Translations under genes and position numbers: made by a program
Shown here: positions 49,295-60,494 of the stretch, in pieces
How the letters are laid out: each line of letters starts with the position of its first letter
Numbering within the stretch: position 1 is the stretch's first letter
The notes under the pieces: model-generated
Database searches by the model: none
Told to the model about the DNA's origin: nothing
Seen by the model: only the letters and a program-made list of their open reading frames with translations
Assembly: GCA_039811685.1 (NCBI GenBank)
Contig: JBDHZC010000004.1
Location: forward strand, 32,001 to 96,000
Source: Armatimonadota bacterium
GTDB lineage: Bacteria; Armatimonadota; UBA5829; DSUL01
Direction: 5' to 3'
Length of the DNA: 64,000 nt

Positions 49295-49882
49295 ATGGCA
49301 CTGATACCGATGGTGGTCGAGCAGACCGCGCGCGGGGAGCGGGCTTACGATATCTACAGCCGGCTCCTGAAGGATCGTATCGTTTTCATCGGGACGCCTA
49401 TTGACGACGACATCGCCAATCTGGTTGTTGCGCAGCTTCTGTTCCTGGAAAAGGAAGATCCTGACAAGGACATTGACCTCTACATCAACTCCCCGGGAGG
49501 AGTCGTCTCGGCGGGTTTGGCAATCTACGACTGTATGCAGGTTGTTAAGCCCGATATCGCCACAATCTGCATTGGACAGGCGGCCAGCATGGGTGCAGTA
49601 TTGCTTTCTGCGGGAGCAAAGGGAAAGCGGCATTGTCTGGCAAATGCGCGAGTTATGATTCACCAGGGCAGCGCTGGTTTTCAGGGAACGCCTTCAGATA
49701 TTGACATCATGGCGAGAGAGATTTTACGATATAAGCAGCTGCTGCAGGAAATCCTCGCCAAGCATACCGGTCAACCTGTGGAAAAAGTAGCACAGGACAC
49801 AGATAGAGATTATTGGATGTCGGCAGAGCAGGCCAAAGACTACGGTGTTGTTGACGGCGTGCTCGACCGCGAAGCCCGTTAG
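49295..49882 (+). CDS. clpP: Clp protease proteolytic subunit
   Basis: [31 protein letters not shown]. Confidence 0.98.
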   Translation: MALIPMVVEQTARGERAYDIYSRLLKDRIVFIGTPIDDDIANLVVAQLLFLEKEDPDKDIDLYINSPGGVVSAGLAIYDCMQVVKPDIATICIGQAASMGAVLLSAGAKGKRHCLANARVMIHQGSAGFQGTPSDIDIMAREILRYKQLLQEILAKHTGQPVEKVAQDTDRDYWMSAEQAKDYGVVDGVLDREAR

Positions 49883-49954
49883 CGTTAACTCGCCGCCGCT
49901 CACTCACATTTTGCGGTTGCGGGGTGTGTCCGCAGCATTTGTCGGAGGTGTTTT

Positions 49955-51220
49955 TTGGCCAGGATTGGACTCGACCGTAACGACTCGCGTTGTGCACTCT
50001 GTGGCAAGCCACGGGAGCAGGTCAAAAAGCTCATCCTCGGGGTGTACGGCGGCGTGTGTCTTGAGTGTGTCGAACTGTGCAACGAGATCGTCCGCGGGGA
50101 GACCACCAAGACAGAGCCCGTAGCGGACGTTGGCGTCGTTCCCAAACCCAAGGAAATCTATCGCATTCTCTCCCAGTATGTTGTGGGGCAGGAGAAGGCG
50201 AAGCGTATTCTCTCGGTTGCGGTTTACAATCACTACAAGCGCGTAAACTCGCCCGCCTCAGACGTAGAGCTTTCCAAGTCCAACATCCTCCTCATTGGGC
50301 CGACGGGGTGCGGCAAGACGCTGCTTGCGCAGACGCTCGCGCGCATTCTGAAGGTGCCTTTTGCCATCGCTGACGCCACCAGCCTGACAGAAGCCGGCTA
50401 TGTGGGCGAAGATGTCGAAAACATCCTGCTGAAACTCCTGCAGGCGGCCGACGGGCACGACAACATCCAGAACGCTATCAAAGCCGCCGAGCGCGGGATT
50501 GTCTACATCGATGAAATCGACAAGATTGCGCGTAAGAGTGACAACCCTTCCATTACCCGGGATGTCTCCGGTGAGGGCGTTCAGCAGGCGCTTCTGAAGA
50601 TTATCGAAGGCACTGTCGCCAATGTTCCGCCGCAGGGTGGTCGAAAACACCCGCAGCAGGAATACGTCCAGATTGACACGTCCAATGTGCTCTTCATTGT
50701 GGGCGGCGCCTTTGAGGGATTGGATGAGGTGATTGACCGCCGCCTGGGAGACAAGTCTCTGGGCTTCCGCGCGCAGGTCGAATCCCGGAAAGATCGCGAC
50801 CTGGGTGATATACTGTCCATGGTCATGCCGGATGACCTGCTGAAGTACGGCTTGATTCCGGAGTTTATTGGCCGCCTGCCTGTGGTTGCGACTCTGGGCG
50901 GGCTGGACAAAGACGCTCTCGTACGCATTCTGGTGGAGCCAAAGAATGCGCTGGTGAAGCAGTATCAGAAGTTCTTCGAGCTGGACGGCGTGGAGCTGAT
51001 CTTCAGTGACGACGCTTTAGAGGCGATCGCAGCAGAAGCCAGTGAGCGAAAAGTCGGGGCGCGGGCGCTGAGGTCCATCATTGAGGAAGTGATGCTCAAC
51101 ATTATGTACGAGATTCCTTCTCTCAAGGATATCAAACGCTGCGTCGTGACCAAAGAGACCATTACCGAGCGCAAGGATCCCACGATCTTCACGGTTGACG
51201 AGCTGAAGCAGGCGAGCTAA
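49955..51220 (+). CDS. clpX: Clp protease ATP-binding subunit
   Basis: C4 zinc finger, [23 protein letters not shown] loop. Confidence 0.98.
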   Translation: MARIGLDRNDSRCALCGKPREQVKKLILGVYGGVCLECVELCNEIVRGETTKTEPVADVGVVPKPKEIYRILSQYVVGQEKAKRILSVAVYNHYKRVNSPASDVELSKSNILLIGPTGCGKTLLAQTLARILKVPFAIADATSLTEAGYVGEDVENILLKLLQAADGHDNIQNAIKAAERGIVYIDEIDKIARKSDNPSITRDVSGEGVQQALLKIIEGTVANVPPQGGRKHPQQEYVQIDTSNVLFIVGGAFEGLDEVIDRRLGDKSLGFRAQVESRKDRDLGDILSMVMPDDLLKYGLIPEFIGRLPVVATLGGLDKDALVRILVEPKNALVKQYQKFFELDGVELIFSDDALEAIAAEASERKVGARALRSIIEEVMLNIMYEIPSLKDIKRCVVTKETITERKDPTIFTVDELKQAS

Positions 51221-51660
51221 GCTCCTTCCGGGCTCAAGGTCGAGGCTGGGGGGGTCACCATTTCTGGGGCGTGGGGGTGACATTTGGCGAACCCGCCGCT
51301 GTGCGCTGGCGTCGCAAGTGTCCGCTCAGAGCATAGGCGGGTTAGAGTTGTTCGTGTATCTGTAGCCGGCCGCTCAGGTTTCCAGCGTTAGACGATTTAT
51401 TCCAGCACGGGTACTCACTGCGCGCAGGCTTCACCAAGTGTTGCGGCGAATACGACTCGTACACCGGAGAGCCGGACTATTCACAGCCTGGATGACAGGC
51501 GCCGTATCAAGATTCCGAAGCCCGAAAAGACATCAGCCTGACAGGCCGCAGCGGCCGGAACGGCGCCGCAGAGGCAGTTGCGGCCCCGGCCCGGCCTTTG
51601 TTTTGTGTGTGCCCGGCGAGCCGGGCGACGAGCTACCGAGAACACAGGAAGACTTTAGAA

Positions 51661-54066
51661 ATGCCGCGAGCTAAGAAATCCGACGTGCCTGAAGCTGCAG
51701 AAACCACGCCGCTGAAGCCTGCTTCCCGCCGCCTTCCCAGATCTCTGCCGCTTCTGCCAATACGCGATAACGTTTACTTCCCGCATATGCTCTTTCCGCT
51801 GTTTGTAGGGCGTGAGAAGTCCGTGAAGGCGCTGGATGAAGCTATGGCGCACCAGCGTTATATTCTCCTCATCGCTCAGCACGATATGACGGTAGAAGAC
51901 CCGGAGCCCGACGACATCTATCGCGTGGGTGTTGTCGCAGAAGTCATCCAGATTTTGAAGGTGCCGGACGGCACCGTCCGGGTGATGCTTGAGGGTATTG
52001 AGCGTGTGCAGGTCACGCAGTTTATCCAGCAGGAGCCGTTCTTCAAGGTGCGCGTCAAGCCGCTGCCTGCGGAGGAAGCCAAGTCCATCGAGCTCGAAGC
52101 GCTGATGCGCAACGTGACGGCGCAGTTTGAGCAGATTGTCAACAACGGGCGGACAGTTCCGCCTGAGGTGCTCATTAACGTCATCAACATTGACGAACCG
52201 GGCAAACTGGCGGACAGCATCACTCCCTATCTCCCTTTGCGCGTTGAGCAAAAGCAGGAAATTCTCGAGACTATCCCTGTCCGGGAGCGCCTCAGCCATC
52301 TGTCCATGCTGCTGAAAAAAGAGCTGGAAATCCTCGAGATCCAACGCAGTATTCGCTCCAGAGTTGAAAAGGAGATGGGAGACTCTCAGCGGGAGTTTTT
52401 CCTGCGCGAACAGCTCAAAGCGATTCAGCAGGAGCTTGGTGAGAGGGACGAACGCACGACGGAGATTGAGGACTACCGCGGACAAATAGCAGAAGCGCAG
52501 ATGCCGGAAGAAGTGGAGAGCCGCGCGCTCAAAGAGGTGGAGCGTCTCGAGAAAATGCCGTATGCATCGCCGGAAGGTGTGGTCATCCGGACGTATCTCG
52601 ACTGGCTGGTTGGACTGCCGTGGAACTTCAGCACGAGCGATGAGCTGGAGATTACCAAAGCGGAGAAAATCCTCAACGAAGATCACTATGGACTGCTCAA
52701 ACCCAAGGAGCGGATTCTGGAGTTCCTCGCTGTGCGTAAGCTTGCTGGCAGCCTGAAAGGGCCTATTCTCTGCTTTGCAGGCCCTCCCGGAGTTGGGAAA
52801 ACCTCAATCGGCAAATCCATTGCGCGATCACTGGGCCGCAAGTTTGTCAGAATTTCACTGGGCGGTGTGCGGGATGAGGCCGAAATCAGAGGTCATCGGC
52901 GTACCTATGTCGGGGCGTTGCCCGGAAGGATTATTCAGGGTATCAAGCAGGCCGGCTCCAGAAACCCTGTGTTCATGCTGGATGAGATAGACAAGGTTGG
53001 GGCGGACTTCCGCGGAGACCCTTCTGCGGCGCTTCTGGAAGCTCTGGATCCGGAGCAAAATGACAGCTTCAGTGACCACTATCTCGAGGTGCCATTTAAC
53101 CTGCGGGATGTGATGTTTATCACGACAGCAAACGTCCTGGACACAATCCCAGCTGCTCTGCGCGACAGGATGGAGATTATCCCGTTTTCGGGATACATTG
53201 AGGACGATAAGCTGCAGATTGCCAGGAGTTTCCTTGTGCCAAAGCAGCTTAAGGAGCATGGCATTACAAAGACGCGGCTCTCAATCGGCGACGACGCGCT
53301 GCTGGCGTTGATCCGGGAATACACACGGGAGGCCGGTGTGCGCAATCTGGAGCGTGAGATTGCCAGCCTGTGCCGCAAAGTCGCAAAGAAGATTGCGGAA
53401 GGTGAGACGGGGCGCACACGCGTGAAGGCGGCGAACATCGCGGGCTATCTGGGCAAGCGCCGGTTCCATTACGGCCAGGCGGAAGAGCAGGATGAGGTCG
53501 GCGCTGCCACCGGACTGTCCTACTCCGAGTTTGGCGGAGACATAATTTCCATCGAAGTTGGGCTTGTCAGGGCGACCAAAGGCGGTCTCATTCTCACCGG
53601 ACAACTTGGGGATGTTATGAAGGAGTCGGCTCAGGCGGCCCTGACCTATGTTCGCTCTCGCGCGAGTGTTCTCAACTTCGATGAGGACTTTCAGTCGCAC
53701 ACGGATATCCACATACATGTGCCGGCAGGCGGCATTCCCAAGGATGGTCCTTCCGCAGGGATTACCATAGCCACTGCATTGGCATCGGCGCTCACAAAGC
53801 GACCGGTACGCAAGGATGTTGCGATGACAGGGGAGATCACCCTGAGAGGGCGCGTGTTACCTATTGGCGGGCTTAGAGAGAAGGTGCTGGCAGCGCATCG
53901 GGCTGGAATCCGGACTGTCATTCTTCCACGGGAGAACGAAAAGGACATTGAGGATATCCCATCCCACCTTGTTGAGGAGATGCAGCTTCATCTTGTGGAC
54001 CATATGGATGATGTGCTGAGTGTGGCGCTGCTGGAGCAACCGATTCTGCAGACGCAGGCGGCCTGA
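51661..54066 (+). CDS. lon: Lon protease
   Basis: [43 protein letters not shown]. Confidence 0.98.
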   Translation: MPRAKKSDVPEAAETTPLKPASRRLPRSLPLLPIRDNVYFPHMLFPLFVGREKSVKALDEAMAHQRYILLIAQHDMTVEDPEPDDIYRVGVVAEVIQILKVPDGTVRVMLEGIERVQVTQFIQQEPFFKVRVKPLPAEEAKSIELEALMRNVTAQFEQIVNNGRTVPPEVLINVINIDEPGKLADSITPYLPLRVEQKQEILETIPVRERLSHLSMLLKKELEILEIQRSIRSRVEKEMGDSQREFFLREQLKAIQQELGERDERTTEIEDYRGQIAEAQMPEEVESRALKEVERLEKMPYASPEGVVIRTYLDWLVGLPWNFSTSDELEITKAEKILNEDHYGLLKPKERILEFLAVRKLAGSLKGPILCFAGPPGVGKTSIGKSIARSLGRKFVRISLGGVRDEAEIRGHRRTYVGALPGRIIQGIKQAGSRNPVFMLDEIDKVGADFRGDPSAALLEALDPEQNDSFSDHYLEVPFNLRDVMFITTANVLDTIPAALRDRMEIIPFSGYIEDDKLQIARSFLVPKQLKEHGITKTRLSIGDDALLALIREYTREAGVRNLEREIASLCRKVAKKIAEGETGRTRVKAANIAGYLGKRRFHYGQAEEQDEVGAATGLSYSEFGGDIISIEVGLVRATKGGLILTGQLGDVMKESAQAALTYVRSRASVLNFDEDFQSHTDIHIHVPAGGIPKDGPSAGITIATALASALTKRPVRKDVAMTGEITLRGRVLPIGGLREKVLAAHRAGIRTVILPRENEKDIEDIPSHLVEEMQLHLVDHMDDVLSVALLEQPILQTQAA

Positions 54067-54115
54067 TTTTACTTCTCAGAACCCTCTGCGCTCCCGTAGC
54101 GTTTAGTGAGTAGCT

Positions 54116-55255
54116 ATGCATACGCTGCGAAGAGCTATTCTGACCATAGGGGCGCTTGTCCTGGCGATACCGGGTGCGTTGCTGCATCCGGCTTCTGCCG
54201 ATTCACAGCCCTGGACCTTCCAGCGCATTCAGAACTACCCATTTGCTTCTGACTATGATCTGAAGAAGGTAAATTCTGCCTGCAGCCACCTGCGCCAACA
54301 GCTATCCACACAGCTCGGCAACAAACAGACTCCCGAGCGCAAAAGCGCCCAAGCGTTTCTGGACGAAGTGCAAGCGTTCACGGACACCAGCAATCGCCCG
54401 GGAGAAGCGTACTCCATTGAAGACTTTGCGACCTCCGAGGACAAGGCGATTGTGCGATTGCGGGATGAAGTCAAGCTCAGTCCACCTCCGGGCGGAGCCA
54501 TCCTGCGCCTGTATGACCGCAAAGAGACTATGCCGCACTCGATCCGGGCTCTCTTCCCGGAGGGAACTGGTGGGGTTACGCGCTGGCGCCGCTACTGTGC
54601 TGTCTGGGCTGGTGATAAGTCTGAGCAGGAAATCGCAGACACCTCATCGCACGAGTTAGCGCACGCTTATATCGCGTCCTGTCTCGGGGACGATGCCGGG
54701 AGACTGCCGCGGTGGTTTCACGAAGGCGCTGCACTGTACCTGAGCGAAGGCAAAGAGCAGTACTATACCTCAACGGAGAACCAGTCCCGGCTTTCCTACG
54801 CTCCGCGCGACTACAACGAGTATCGCCTCGTTTTCGCCTATATGGCGCAGAAATATGGCGCACCAGCCGTCGCCAGATTCATCCGAAGCTCCGTACTGCG
54901 CAAGTCGGTCGCAGAACCGCTCCAGACTATTACAGACTACACAGATTATGCGGACCTTCGGGCGGACGCACTCGCCTGGTCTCAGCGTCAGAAGCGCGGT
55001 TATGCGCTGGCTGCAGTTGGCCTCGTTGTGGGTGGAAGCGCATTTTTCTGGATCATCGGCAGACGAAGAAGCCGCCGCATCGAACGCGCTCTGGCGCTGG
55101 TGGAAGAGGCGCGAGTGCTGGCGCGGACGGGTTTGACGGCACAGGCGCTTGAGAACTTGTCGCTTGCCCGCAGAGTTGAGCCGTATGCGGCGTCTGTCAG
55201 GCTGGCTGTGCAACTTGCGGAGCGCGAAATCGGCTTAACGCAGCGATTTGCCTGA
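54116..55255 (+). CDS. Membrane-anchored zinc metallopeptidase-like protein (gluzincin/peptidase MA-like)
   Basis: Signal peptide; HELAH...PRWFHEG.A.Y; C-terminal TM, basic cluster and short TPR-like tail. Confidence 0.7.
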   Translation: MHTLRRAILTIGALVLAIPGALLHPASADSQPWTFQRIQNYPFASDYDLKKVNSACSHLRQQLSTQLGNKQTPERKSAQAFLDEVQAFTDTSNRPGEAYSIEDFATSEDKAIVRLRDEVKLSPPPGGAILRLYDRKETMPHSIRALFPEGTGGVTRWRRYCAVWAGDKSEQEIADTSSHELAHAYIASCLGDDAGRLPRWFHEGAALYLSEGKEQYYTSTENQSRLSYAPRDYNEYRLVFAYMAQKYGAPAVARFIRSSVLRKSVAEPLQTITDYTDYADLRADALAWSQRQKRGYALAAVGLVVGGSAFFWIIGRRRSRRIERALALVEEARVLARTGLTAQALENLSLARRVEPYAASVRLAVQLAEREIGLTQRFA

Positions 55256-56597
55256 TCCGCCTTCCTTGCTTATCGCACCTGCGGCAGCCTCTGGCACAAG
55301 TGTGAAACGCTCCGCCGCAGTGCGCTTGCGGTCGTACAGGAGGAGGTCGTTCACCATGGGCGTCACTTCGAGACAGGCGCTCTTTGCATCCGTCTTGCCA
55401 AGAATCGCCAGGGAAATGAAGTTCGTTATGATGTCGTTCATCTCTCGCATAGAGTAGGTATTCGGGAGCGTGCGCCCGTAGCTGATCGCATCCACAAAGA
55501 CCTTGCGGTGTGACGGTGGGCCGGGCTGATTCAGAAACGCCCCGGATTCTGCGATGGACCTGCGGCTCGGGATGATCTGATTTTCCACAGCCCAGCGCGC
55601 CTGCATATAGGGGCCAGTCAGAAATTTCACAAGCTCCCAGGATTCCTGTTTGTGCCTGGAGCCCGAAATCATAGCAAACGCCGATCCGCCCAGAAAGCTG
55701 GCCCGCTTCTTGCCTCTGGGTAAAGGGGGCCACGTCCCAGTCGAACGTAGTTACGCGGTCTTTGAACATCATCGCTGCCGCCCAGCTTCCAGAGTGAAAC
55801 ATCCCCAGACGCCCCATTACCCAAAGCCCAAGCTGACCAACGTCTGCTGTGTCAGCGGGACTCGGAGCGACATGCCATTTCTGGCGCAGGTCAGTCATCC
55901 ACTGCAGAGCGTCGTAGGCGGAGGGCTCATCCAGCGTGCACTTCGTATTGCTTGCGTTGAGGATTTCGCCTCCGTTCTGCCACACATACGCCTGCCAGAA
56001 CCCATCTACTGTTGATCCCCACTGATCAATTTGTCCGTCACCGTCCGTGTCCTTTGTAAGCCGCCGGGCAACCTGCAGGTACTTGTCCCAATCCCACGAT
56101 GCATCGGGGTAGGGGATGTGGGCTTTGTCGAACATCTTCTTGTTGTAGTAAAGCCCGTAGAGATCCAGATCAGTTGGAAGCGCATAGACTCTGCCCGAGT
56201 AGCGTCCCCAACCGTCCAGTGCTACGTCGTAAAAGTCAGGAAGATCGAAAGTCTTGTCTTGCGTTATGAACGGGTCCAGGTCTTCAAGCACGCCCTTAGC
56301 GGCCAGCGGGTAGAACCAGAGTGAGCTGACGCGAGAGACATCCGGCGCGCGTCCGCCCGCGAAAGAGATCAGCAGCTTGTCAAAAACGCGGGCGTGGGGT
56401 GTTATTTCAAGCTTCACCCGGATATTAGGGTGCGTCTTGTAAAAGCGCTCTAACGAGTCGTTGATGGACGCTTCATCCTTGGGCGTACCCCACAAAACCA
56501 GTCGCAGGGTTACGATCTTGCTTTGTGGCGCTCGGGCGCACCCGCCGAATACGGCAGCGCTGAGTATAACAGTCAGAAGGCCAATCCAGCGTCTCAC
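55235..56597 (-). pseudogene. ABC sugar-binding lipoprotein interrupted by a +1 frameshift
   Basis: Lipobox FGGC; SBP motifs (APDV, YYNKKMFDKA..P, WDWD); frame breaks at GCCCCCTTTACCC (about 55718-55730) and continues as LPRGKKRASFLGGSAFAMISGSRHKQESWELVKFL. Confidence 0.85.
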
Positions 56598-57553
56598 TTC
56601 GACCAGTCCTTCTTCATCAACGAAAACCGTCGGCTCTCTCGAAAGCCGACCTCGGAATACAGCCTGGCGGCAGTGTCATCTGTCCACATGAAGTACGCTG
56701 CATACAGGCCTTGCGCGCGCATGTCCTCAATCGTCTGCGCCAGCAGGGCCGCGCCAATACCGCGCCCGCGCACTGCGCGAGCAGTTCCGAACGGGCCGAA
56801 TCTTTCGCCATCGTGATGCGTGAAGCCAACTACCTCTTCAGTTCCCTCGATCGCCACGCGCACCCGCCTGATCACGGAGTTTCCAGATGCAAGAGTCTGG
56901 TTGCAGACCTCCCGGACGTGGCGCTGCCAATCTCCGGGAAACTCTCTCAAGAGGAAGTCGAACAAGGCTGGGAGGACTTCGAGACTCGCGACTTCGAAGC
57001 GGACGCCTTCTTTCAGCAACTTCTCGTGCCGCTCGGTAATCCATGCCGGACGTACGTAGCTGATGAGCGGCGCATCCATAGACAATGGACGCATCGCCTC
57101 CACATAGCCGCGCCGGCTCAGAAACCCGAGCGCATCTGTGTAAGCGTTCACATCTACGCCGGGAGTCCACCAGTTCGGAGTGTACGGCCCGATCAGGGTC
57201 GCCTCCTTCTTCTCAGTCTGGAACCAGTTTTCGACGGCTTCAAACAGACGGGATCCAACTCCTCTGTGCTGATGCTCGGGGTGCACCGCAAACAGAGGTA
57301 TCCACGACCGCTTGCTGTCATCGGGCATGTCTTCTATCGGATGCTTTCTGATGTGGCCAACAACAAAACCGACGACGCCTGCCACAGGGTCTTCCGCCAC
57401 CAGGCATCCGCGCCGGTCGAAGTTTTGATCCAGGAAGACCTTTCGAGCGAAGCCCTCGGGCGTTACAGGGTCTGCCGGTAATGAAATTCTGGCAATTCTT
57501 ACTATTGCTCCCAGGTCTGCTCCGTCCATTCCCCGAATAGTGATCTGGCTCAT
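56594..57553 (-). CDS. Tandem GNAT N-acetyltransferase
   Basis: Two acetyl-CoA motifs (VHPEHQHRGVG; VRGRGIG), FGPFG, LY..VGF. Confidence 0.88.
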   Translation of the reverse strand: MSQITIRGMDGADLGAIVRIARISLPADPVTPEGFARKVFLDQNFDRRGCLVAEDPVAGVVGFVVGHIRKHPIEDMPDDSKRSWIPLFAVHPEHQHRGVGSRLFEAVENWFQTEKKEATLIGPYTPNWWTPGVDVNAYTDALGFLSRRGYVEAMRPLSMDAPLISYVRPAWITERHEKLLKEGVRFEVASLEVLPALFDFLLREFPGDWQRHVREVCNQTLASGNSVIRRVRVAIEGTEEVVGFTHHDGERFGPFGTARAVRGRGIGAALLAQTIEDMRAQGLYAAYFMWTDDTAARLYSEVGFRESRRFSLMKKDWSK

Positions 57554-58335
57554 TGCCCGGCTCCTCTCATGTGCGTGAACACTCTGAGTGCGTTGTCCGT
57601 GGTCTGCCGATCTATCTGCTCTTCAGTGCAGTCAAAGAGTTGTGCCAGCGCTGCAACGACATGCACTAAAAACGCAGGTTCGTTACGGCGGCCTCTGAAT
57701 GGATGTGGTGTCAGATAGGGCGCATCGGTCTCCAGAAGCAGACGGTCGAGAGGAACGCGGCTGATCAGCGCACGCAGGTCGTCAGCTTTCTTGAATGTCA
57801 CCATCCCCCCTACACCTATGAGCAGTCCCATCTCAAGAGCTCGCTGTAGCTGCACCTGTGATCCTGTGAAAGCGTGGAGAACGGCCCCCGCCTCCGGAAC
57901 GCCTTCTCCAACCAGTGTGTCCATGACCTCGTCCTCCGCCGCTCGGGAATGGATGGTGACTGGCAGGTTCAGTTGACGAGCAATCTGTATCTGAGCGCGA
58001 AAAGCTTCCCGCTGCACATCGCGCGGTGAAAAATTATAGTGGTAATCCAGTCCCATCTCCCCCACGGCGGCGACGCGCGGGTGAGCTCTCAGCTTCTCAA
58101 TCAGTAGCTGTCCCCAGTTCGCGTCCTCTCTAATGGCGGATGCGTCGTGCGGATGAACTCCCAGCGCAATCCAGATCAAAGGATGAGTCGCCATCTCTTC
58201 CGCGCGTTGTGAGGAAGCTCTGTCGTAGCCAGCGACAAGACACGCCTCCACACCGGCTTCCCGCGCGCGCTCCAGCGTCTCAACAACGTCATCGTTGAAC
58301 TGCGGATCGTTGAGATGACAGTGAGAGTCAATCAC
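57550..58335 (-). CDS. tatD: TatD family nuclease
   Basis: IDSHCHL, GVHPH, GEMGLDY, IHSR, LETDAPY, RNEP. Confidence 0.95.
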   Translation of the reverse strand: MIDSHCHLNDPQFNDDVVETLERAREAGVEACLVAGYDRASSQRAEEMATHPLIWIALGVHPHDASAIREDANWGQLLIEKLRAHPRVAAVGEMGLDYHYNFSPRDVQREAFRAQIQIARQLNLPVTIHSRAAEDEVMDTLVGEGVPEAGAVLHAFTGSQVQLQRALEMGLLIGVGGMVTFKKADDLRALISRVPLDRLLLETDAPYLTPHPFRGRRNEPAFLVHVVAALAQLFDCTEEQIDRQTTDNALRVFTHMRGAGQ

Positions 58336-58359
58336 TGGTGGTCTTCATCTGCGAGCGCA

Positions 58360-59148
58360 TCAGTCGACCAGGCTCAGCAGCCTGGTTTTCAAAAAGTCAT
58401 CAATGTAGAGGTTAACGAGATCGTGACGCTGAATGTGTGGGAAGTGCCCCGTATCCTCAACAACTTCCAGACACGAGTCCGGAGTTGCGCGTTGAATCAT
58501 CTGCGTCGCGGAGAGAAATGGCGGCCGGTCGTGCTGCCCGACAAGCGCCAGCAGCGGCATCCACAACTGCTCCAGCCACGGGCGGCTGTCAAAGTCTCGG
58601 ATCATTTTGATCCGGCTATGCACGCACGAAAGCGGGGTTTTTGCCGTCTGCATCGCCACCCAGTCCAGGAAACTATCCGGGTCAAACACAGGTTTGGGCC
58701 CAAGTCCGACAAATCGCGCCAGACGCGCCATAGCCCCCTCCGGATCGTTCTGGTGTCCGGACGACATATAGCGCAGAAGTTTGGCCTGCGATGGGTCTGG
58801 CGCTTTGGCGAATGTAGACAGCAGCACCAGCGCCGTTGTGCGCTCCGGGTGTAAGTACGCAAATTGCTGCGCGATCAGCCCGCCGAAAGAATGTCCAGCA
58901 ATGACGGCGCTTGCCAGGCGGAGGCTGTCCAGCAGTTTGGCCAGATCTTCCGCCAAGTCCTCGATTGTTTCACTGCCACTCGTCGTGCGAACGTCGTAGC
59001 TGATGACGCGATACCGATCGCTGAGTCCACGGAACTGAAACTCAAAGGACTCCTTGTACTCGGTAATGCCAGGGATGAAAACCATCGGGAGCCCCACACC
59101 GGTTTCCTGATAGGAAGCTTTCCATCCAGCGATATCGAGAGTGGGCAA
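58360..59148 (-). CDS. Alpha/beta hydrolase
   Basis: IPG, GHSFGG, G.HD, GH; TTG start with AGGGAG RBS. Confidence 0.85.
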   Translation of the reverse strand: MPTLDIAGWKASYQETGVGLPMVFIPGITEYKESFEFQFRGLSDRYRVISYDVRTTSGSETIEDLAEDLAKLLDSLRLASAVIAGHSFGGLIAQQFAYLHPERTTALVLLSTFAKAPDPSQAKLLRYMSSGHQNDPEGAMARLARFVGLGPKPVFDPDSFLDWVAMQTAKTPLSCVHSRIKMIRDFDSRPWLEQLWMPLLALVGQHDRPPFLSATQMIQRATPDSCLEVVEDTGHFPHIQRHDLVNLYIDDFLKTRLLSLVD

Positions 59149-59492
59149 AAGTGAATCTCCCTGCAGAAAGGTGGAGTGAGCCCGCGATGCAGTCTCACGA
59201 GTCTCGTCGATGTTACGCCAATGCCCGCCCCCATGTCAAATTGCGACCAGGCTGCGTGGCCGGTGCGGCAAGTGGGCACAGCCCAGATTGCCGTGCTGTA
59301 ACACGCTGGGTTCAAGACAGAACTTCCTGGATGGCAGTTTCGGAAGCACATACGTTCGATTCGACATTTTACGCCTCCTATTCTATACAGAGCAACCTCA
59401 TCAGTTGCCATAATTACCAATAGAGCCAATCCCGGCGTAAGTGCTAGTCCAACGGCTCAGCAGAAAAAAGAGAGGAATCCGCACCCCTCACC

Positions 59493-60419
59493 ATGTCCAC
59501 AGTTCTCGTTGTTGATGACAATGTAGATATTCGAAGACTCGCGAGCCTTAGTCTCAAAGGCGCTGGATATACGACAGTTGAAGCTGCCTCCGGATCGGAG
59601 GCGCTCAGCATCATAGCTGCCACACCGCCAGACCTGGTGGTACTGGACGTCATGATGCCAGGGATGACCGGTTTCGACGTTCTCAGGGAGCTTCGCGCTC
59701 GCCTGTGTCATCTGGATCTACCAGTAATATTCCTGACGGCGAAAACCGACATCAGCGACAAGGAGCAAGGGTTTGAGCTTGGCGCGGAAGATTATCTCAC
59801 CAAGCCTTTCACCCCCAAAGAGCTTGTGTTGAGGGTAAAAGCGCAACTGCGGCTGAAAAGTGAAGGCGACAAGCTGCGCGACGACGTCCGCAGGCAGGAA
59901 CAGCTTTCATGCACTGACGAATTGACGCAAGCCTACAACAGACGTCATCTGCTCCAGAGGATGAAAGAGGAACTGGCGGAAGCTGTGCGCCACGAGCGCT
60001 CCGTATCCTTCATCATGCTGGACATTGATCACTTCAAGCAGATAAATGACACCTACGGACATCTGGCAGGCGATGACATTCTGAGACAATTGGCCGATCT
60101 GGCGCGCGGTCACATTCGCCAGGAAGACATTCTTGCGCGCTATGGAGGTGAGGAGTTCGGTATATTGCTGCCCACTACTCAAGCGCAGACGGCGGCTTTC
60201 ACTGCAGAGCGCATACGCTCAGTCGTTCAAGGCAACAAGTTCACTTCTGGCCAGCTGGTTATACGTGTCACCGCGAGTATAGGAGTCGCGGGCTTTCCCG
60301 CCGACCCTGTCACCACCAGCGACGAACTGATCGAACTGGCGGACAAGCGCCTGTACATGGCCAAACATACGGGCAGAAATCAGGTAGTGGGCCCAGAGAA
60401 CTGGCAGAGCGCCGCGTAA
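59493..60419 (+). CDS. Response-regulator diguanylate cyclase (REC-GGDEF)
   Basis: VVDD, LDVMMP, TKPF; DIDHFK, RQED I-site, GGEEF. Confidence 0.95.
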   Translation: MSTVLVVDDNVDIRRLASLSLKGAGYTTVEAASGSEALSIIAATPPDLVVLDVMMPGMTGFDVLRELRARLCHLDLPVIFLTAKTDISDKEQGFELGAEDYLTKPFTPKELVLRVKAQLRLKSEGDKLRDDVRRQEQLSCTDELTQAYNRRHLLQRMKEELAEAVRHERSVSFIMLDIDHFKQINDTYGHLAGDDILRQLADLARGHIRQEDILARYGGEEFGILLPTTQAQTAAFTAERIRSVVQGNKFTSGQLVIRVTASIGVAGFPADPVTTSDELIELADKRLYMAKHTGRNQVVGPENWQSAA

Positions 60420-60453
60420 GCTGGAATCAAGAGATTCTCGGAGCAGCAGAATC

Positions 60454-60491
60454 AGAAGGCGCTGAGGGGATGGGAAGCCTCAGCGCCTTCT
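60454..60491. terminator. Hairpin between convergent genes
   Basis: AGAAGGCGCTGAGG...CCTCAGCGCCTTCT, 14-bp perfect stem. Confidence 0.75.
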
Positions 60492-60494
60492 CTG

